DNA of 64,000 bases from assembly GCA_031835245.2 (NCBI GenBank), contig JAVKOQ020000007.1, positions 310,001 to 374,000 of the forward strand, in the 5' to 3' direction. Position numbers and translations under genes: made by a program. Origin of the DNA: Balamuthia mandrillaris. Its lineage: Eukaryota. How positions within the stretch are numbered: position 1 is the stretch's first letter; the number at the start of each line of letters is the position of its first letter. Shown piece after piece: positions 62,685 to 64,000 of this stretch. The notes under the pieces are model-generated. The model was not told the origin of the DNA. It ran no database searches and saw only the letters and a program-made list of their open reading frames with translations.

Positions 62685-62803
62685 CTTGTTCTTCTTCTTC
62701 TTCTTCTTGTTCTTCTTCTTGTTCTTCTTCTTCTTCTTCTTCTTCTTCTTCTTCTTCTTCTTCTTCTTGTTCTTCTTCTTCTTCTTCTTCTTCTTCTTCT
62801 TCT
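62600..62803. repeat. Intergenic (TTG)n/(TTC)n microsatellite
   Basis: Lies between the CDK5RAP1 stop and the NAD kinase start. Confidence 0.9.
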
Positions 62804-62914
62804 TGCTGACCAATTGGTGCTGCTTTTGTGCTGCTTTTGTGCAGAACGCACCCCTCAGGAAATTCTCGTGACGTCACGACAGAGGGTAAATTGAAAACAA
62901 AAAAGAAGAAAGAG

Positions 62915-64000
62915 ATGAGAGGGAAAGATGGAGGAGCATGCTTGCGTAGCTTGCGGCACAAGACTTTGGTTGGTTGTTGTCAGCCTCCTTGGTTGTTGCG
63001 GAGGAAAGACGCTACGTGTTTGATATATTCCTCTTGGCGCCTGCGTGGTGGTGCCTCTTCTTCTTCTTACTCCTCCTCGGCCAGCACCCCTTGGGAGGCT
63101 CCTCCCGCCAATGCCCAAGTGGTTTGCCTTGATTCTCTGCCAGAGAAAGTTCCTTTTCACCTGCGCCAACGCAACGGTTTTGTTTTTTTTTTCTTCTTCT
63201 TGTAGTGTCTTTCTTTCTGTTCATCTTATCTTTTCTTTAAAAAAAAAGAGGTGGACAAGGTCAACAGTACGGCGATTGGGAGACACGTTCAAAGCGGAAG
63301 GCTTCGGCTGGACTGGACGGACGGCCCGCCACGCACCGTGCTCTTTGTCAAGAAACAGCACAGCGCGGAGGCCACCAAAGCGTTGGATCGTGTGGCTCAG
63401 TTTCGTGTTCCTCCTCTCCTGCCCCATCTATTCTTCTTTATTTGTGTTCCTCTTCCTCAAACTGACCTTTTTTTTTTTGTGTTCCTTCGTGCTTACTCTC
63501 TCTTTCTTTCTTGTCGTTTCTTGCTTGGTGTCGTTTCTTTTTCTTTACTTCGTTCTTGTCGTTTCTTTGTGTTCTTGTCGGTGCTTTCTTTCTTTGTGGT
63601 GCTCTGGTTAGATGGATGACGAAGGAGTTTGGCTGCAGAGCGTTGGTGGAGCCAGTGACTACCAAAGAACTGCCTCACTGGCCTACTTATGACCCTAGTT
63701 GCTACTTCGTTCTTCTCTTTTCTTCGGCTCTCTCTCTCTCTCTCTCTGTCTCTGTAGTTCGCTCGTCCTCTGCTCTCTCTTATTTTCCTCTTGTCTCTTC
63801 TCTATTCTAACATTTATCGTTCGAAAAGGTCAAGCAGAGCAACTATCTCGGGTTGTGGACTTTGTGGTAACGCTGGGAGGCGATGGCACCATCCTCCATA
63901 CCTCTTCTTTGTTCCAAACTGAGGTGCCACCAGTACTGTCATTTTCAATGGGCACTCTTGGCTTTCTACTACCATTTCGTTAGTATTCCTTTCTTTCTTC
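62915..64000 (+). CDS. NAD(H) kinase (POS5-like), partial; runs off the window end
   Basis: VDFVVTLGGDGTILH...PPVLSFSMGTLGFLLPF and PRTVLFVKK. Confidence 0.9.

Overview
Gene-dense, intron-rich eukaryotic (protist) DNA. An amoebozoan such as a Balamuthia/Acanthamoeba relative is my inference from gene content, short GT-AG introns and intronic (CT)n/(TCT)n microsatellites. About 20 spliced host genes are recognisable: a tandem-PH/RhoGAP-like protein, an F-box-SPRY protein, class I aldolase, a bacterial-type RlmM methyltransferase, a transmembrane metallophosphoesterase, a haspin-like kinase, a TMEM45-like protein, a Cys-based phosphatase, dymeclin, three tandem (SPRY-SPRY)-F-box-Cys-domain paralogues, a sacsin/NO VEIN-like ATPase, a Skp1-like protein, a UNC-93-like transporter, a degenerate acyl-CoA synthetase, a GT2+GT4 fusion glycosyltransferase, CDK5RAP1/MiaB and a partial NAD kinase. 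There are two transposon-derived loci: a Mutator (MULE) element with its right end, and a decayed RAG1/Transib-like transposase. The most notable signals are (1) the RAG1-like core, (2) five U12-type minor introns in the F-box array, two canonical AT-AC and three that appear to need an AT-AA junction to stay in frame, (3) a recurrent intergenic palindrome TGTCGACA that also marks an unannotated TATA-driven structured RNA candidate at about 52.0-52.3 kb, and (4) several pseudo-enzymes and unusual domain fusions. All exon boundaries and family calls were read by eye and no database searches were run.
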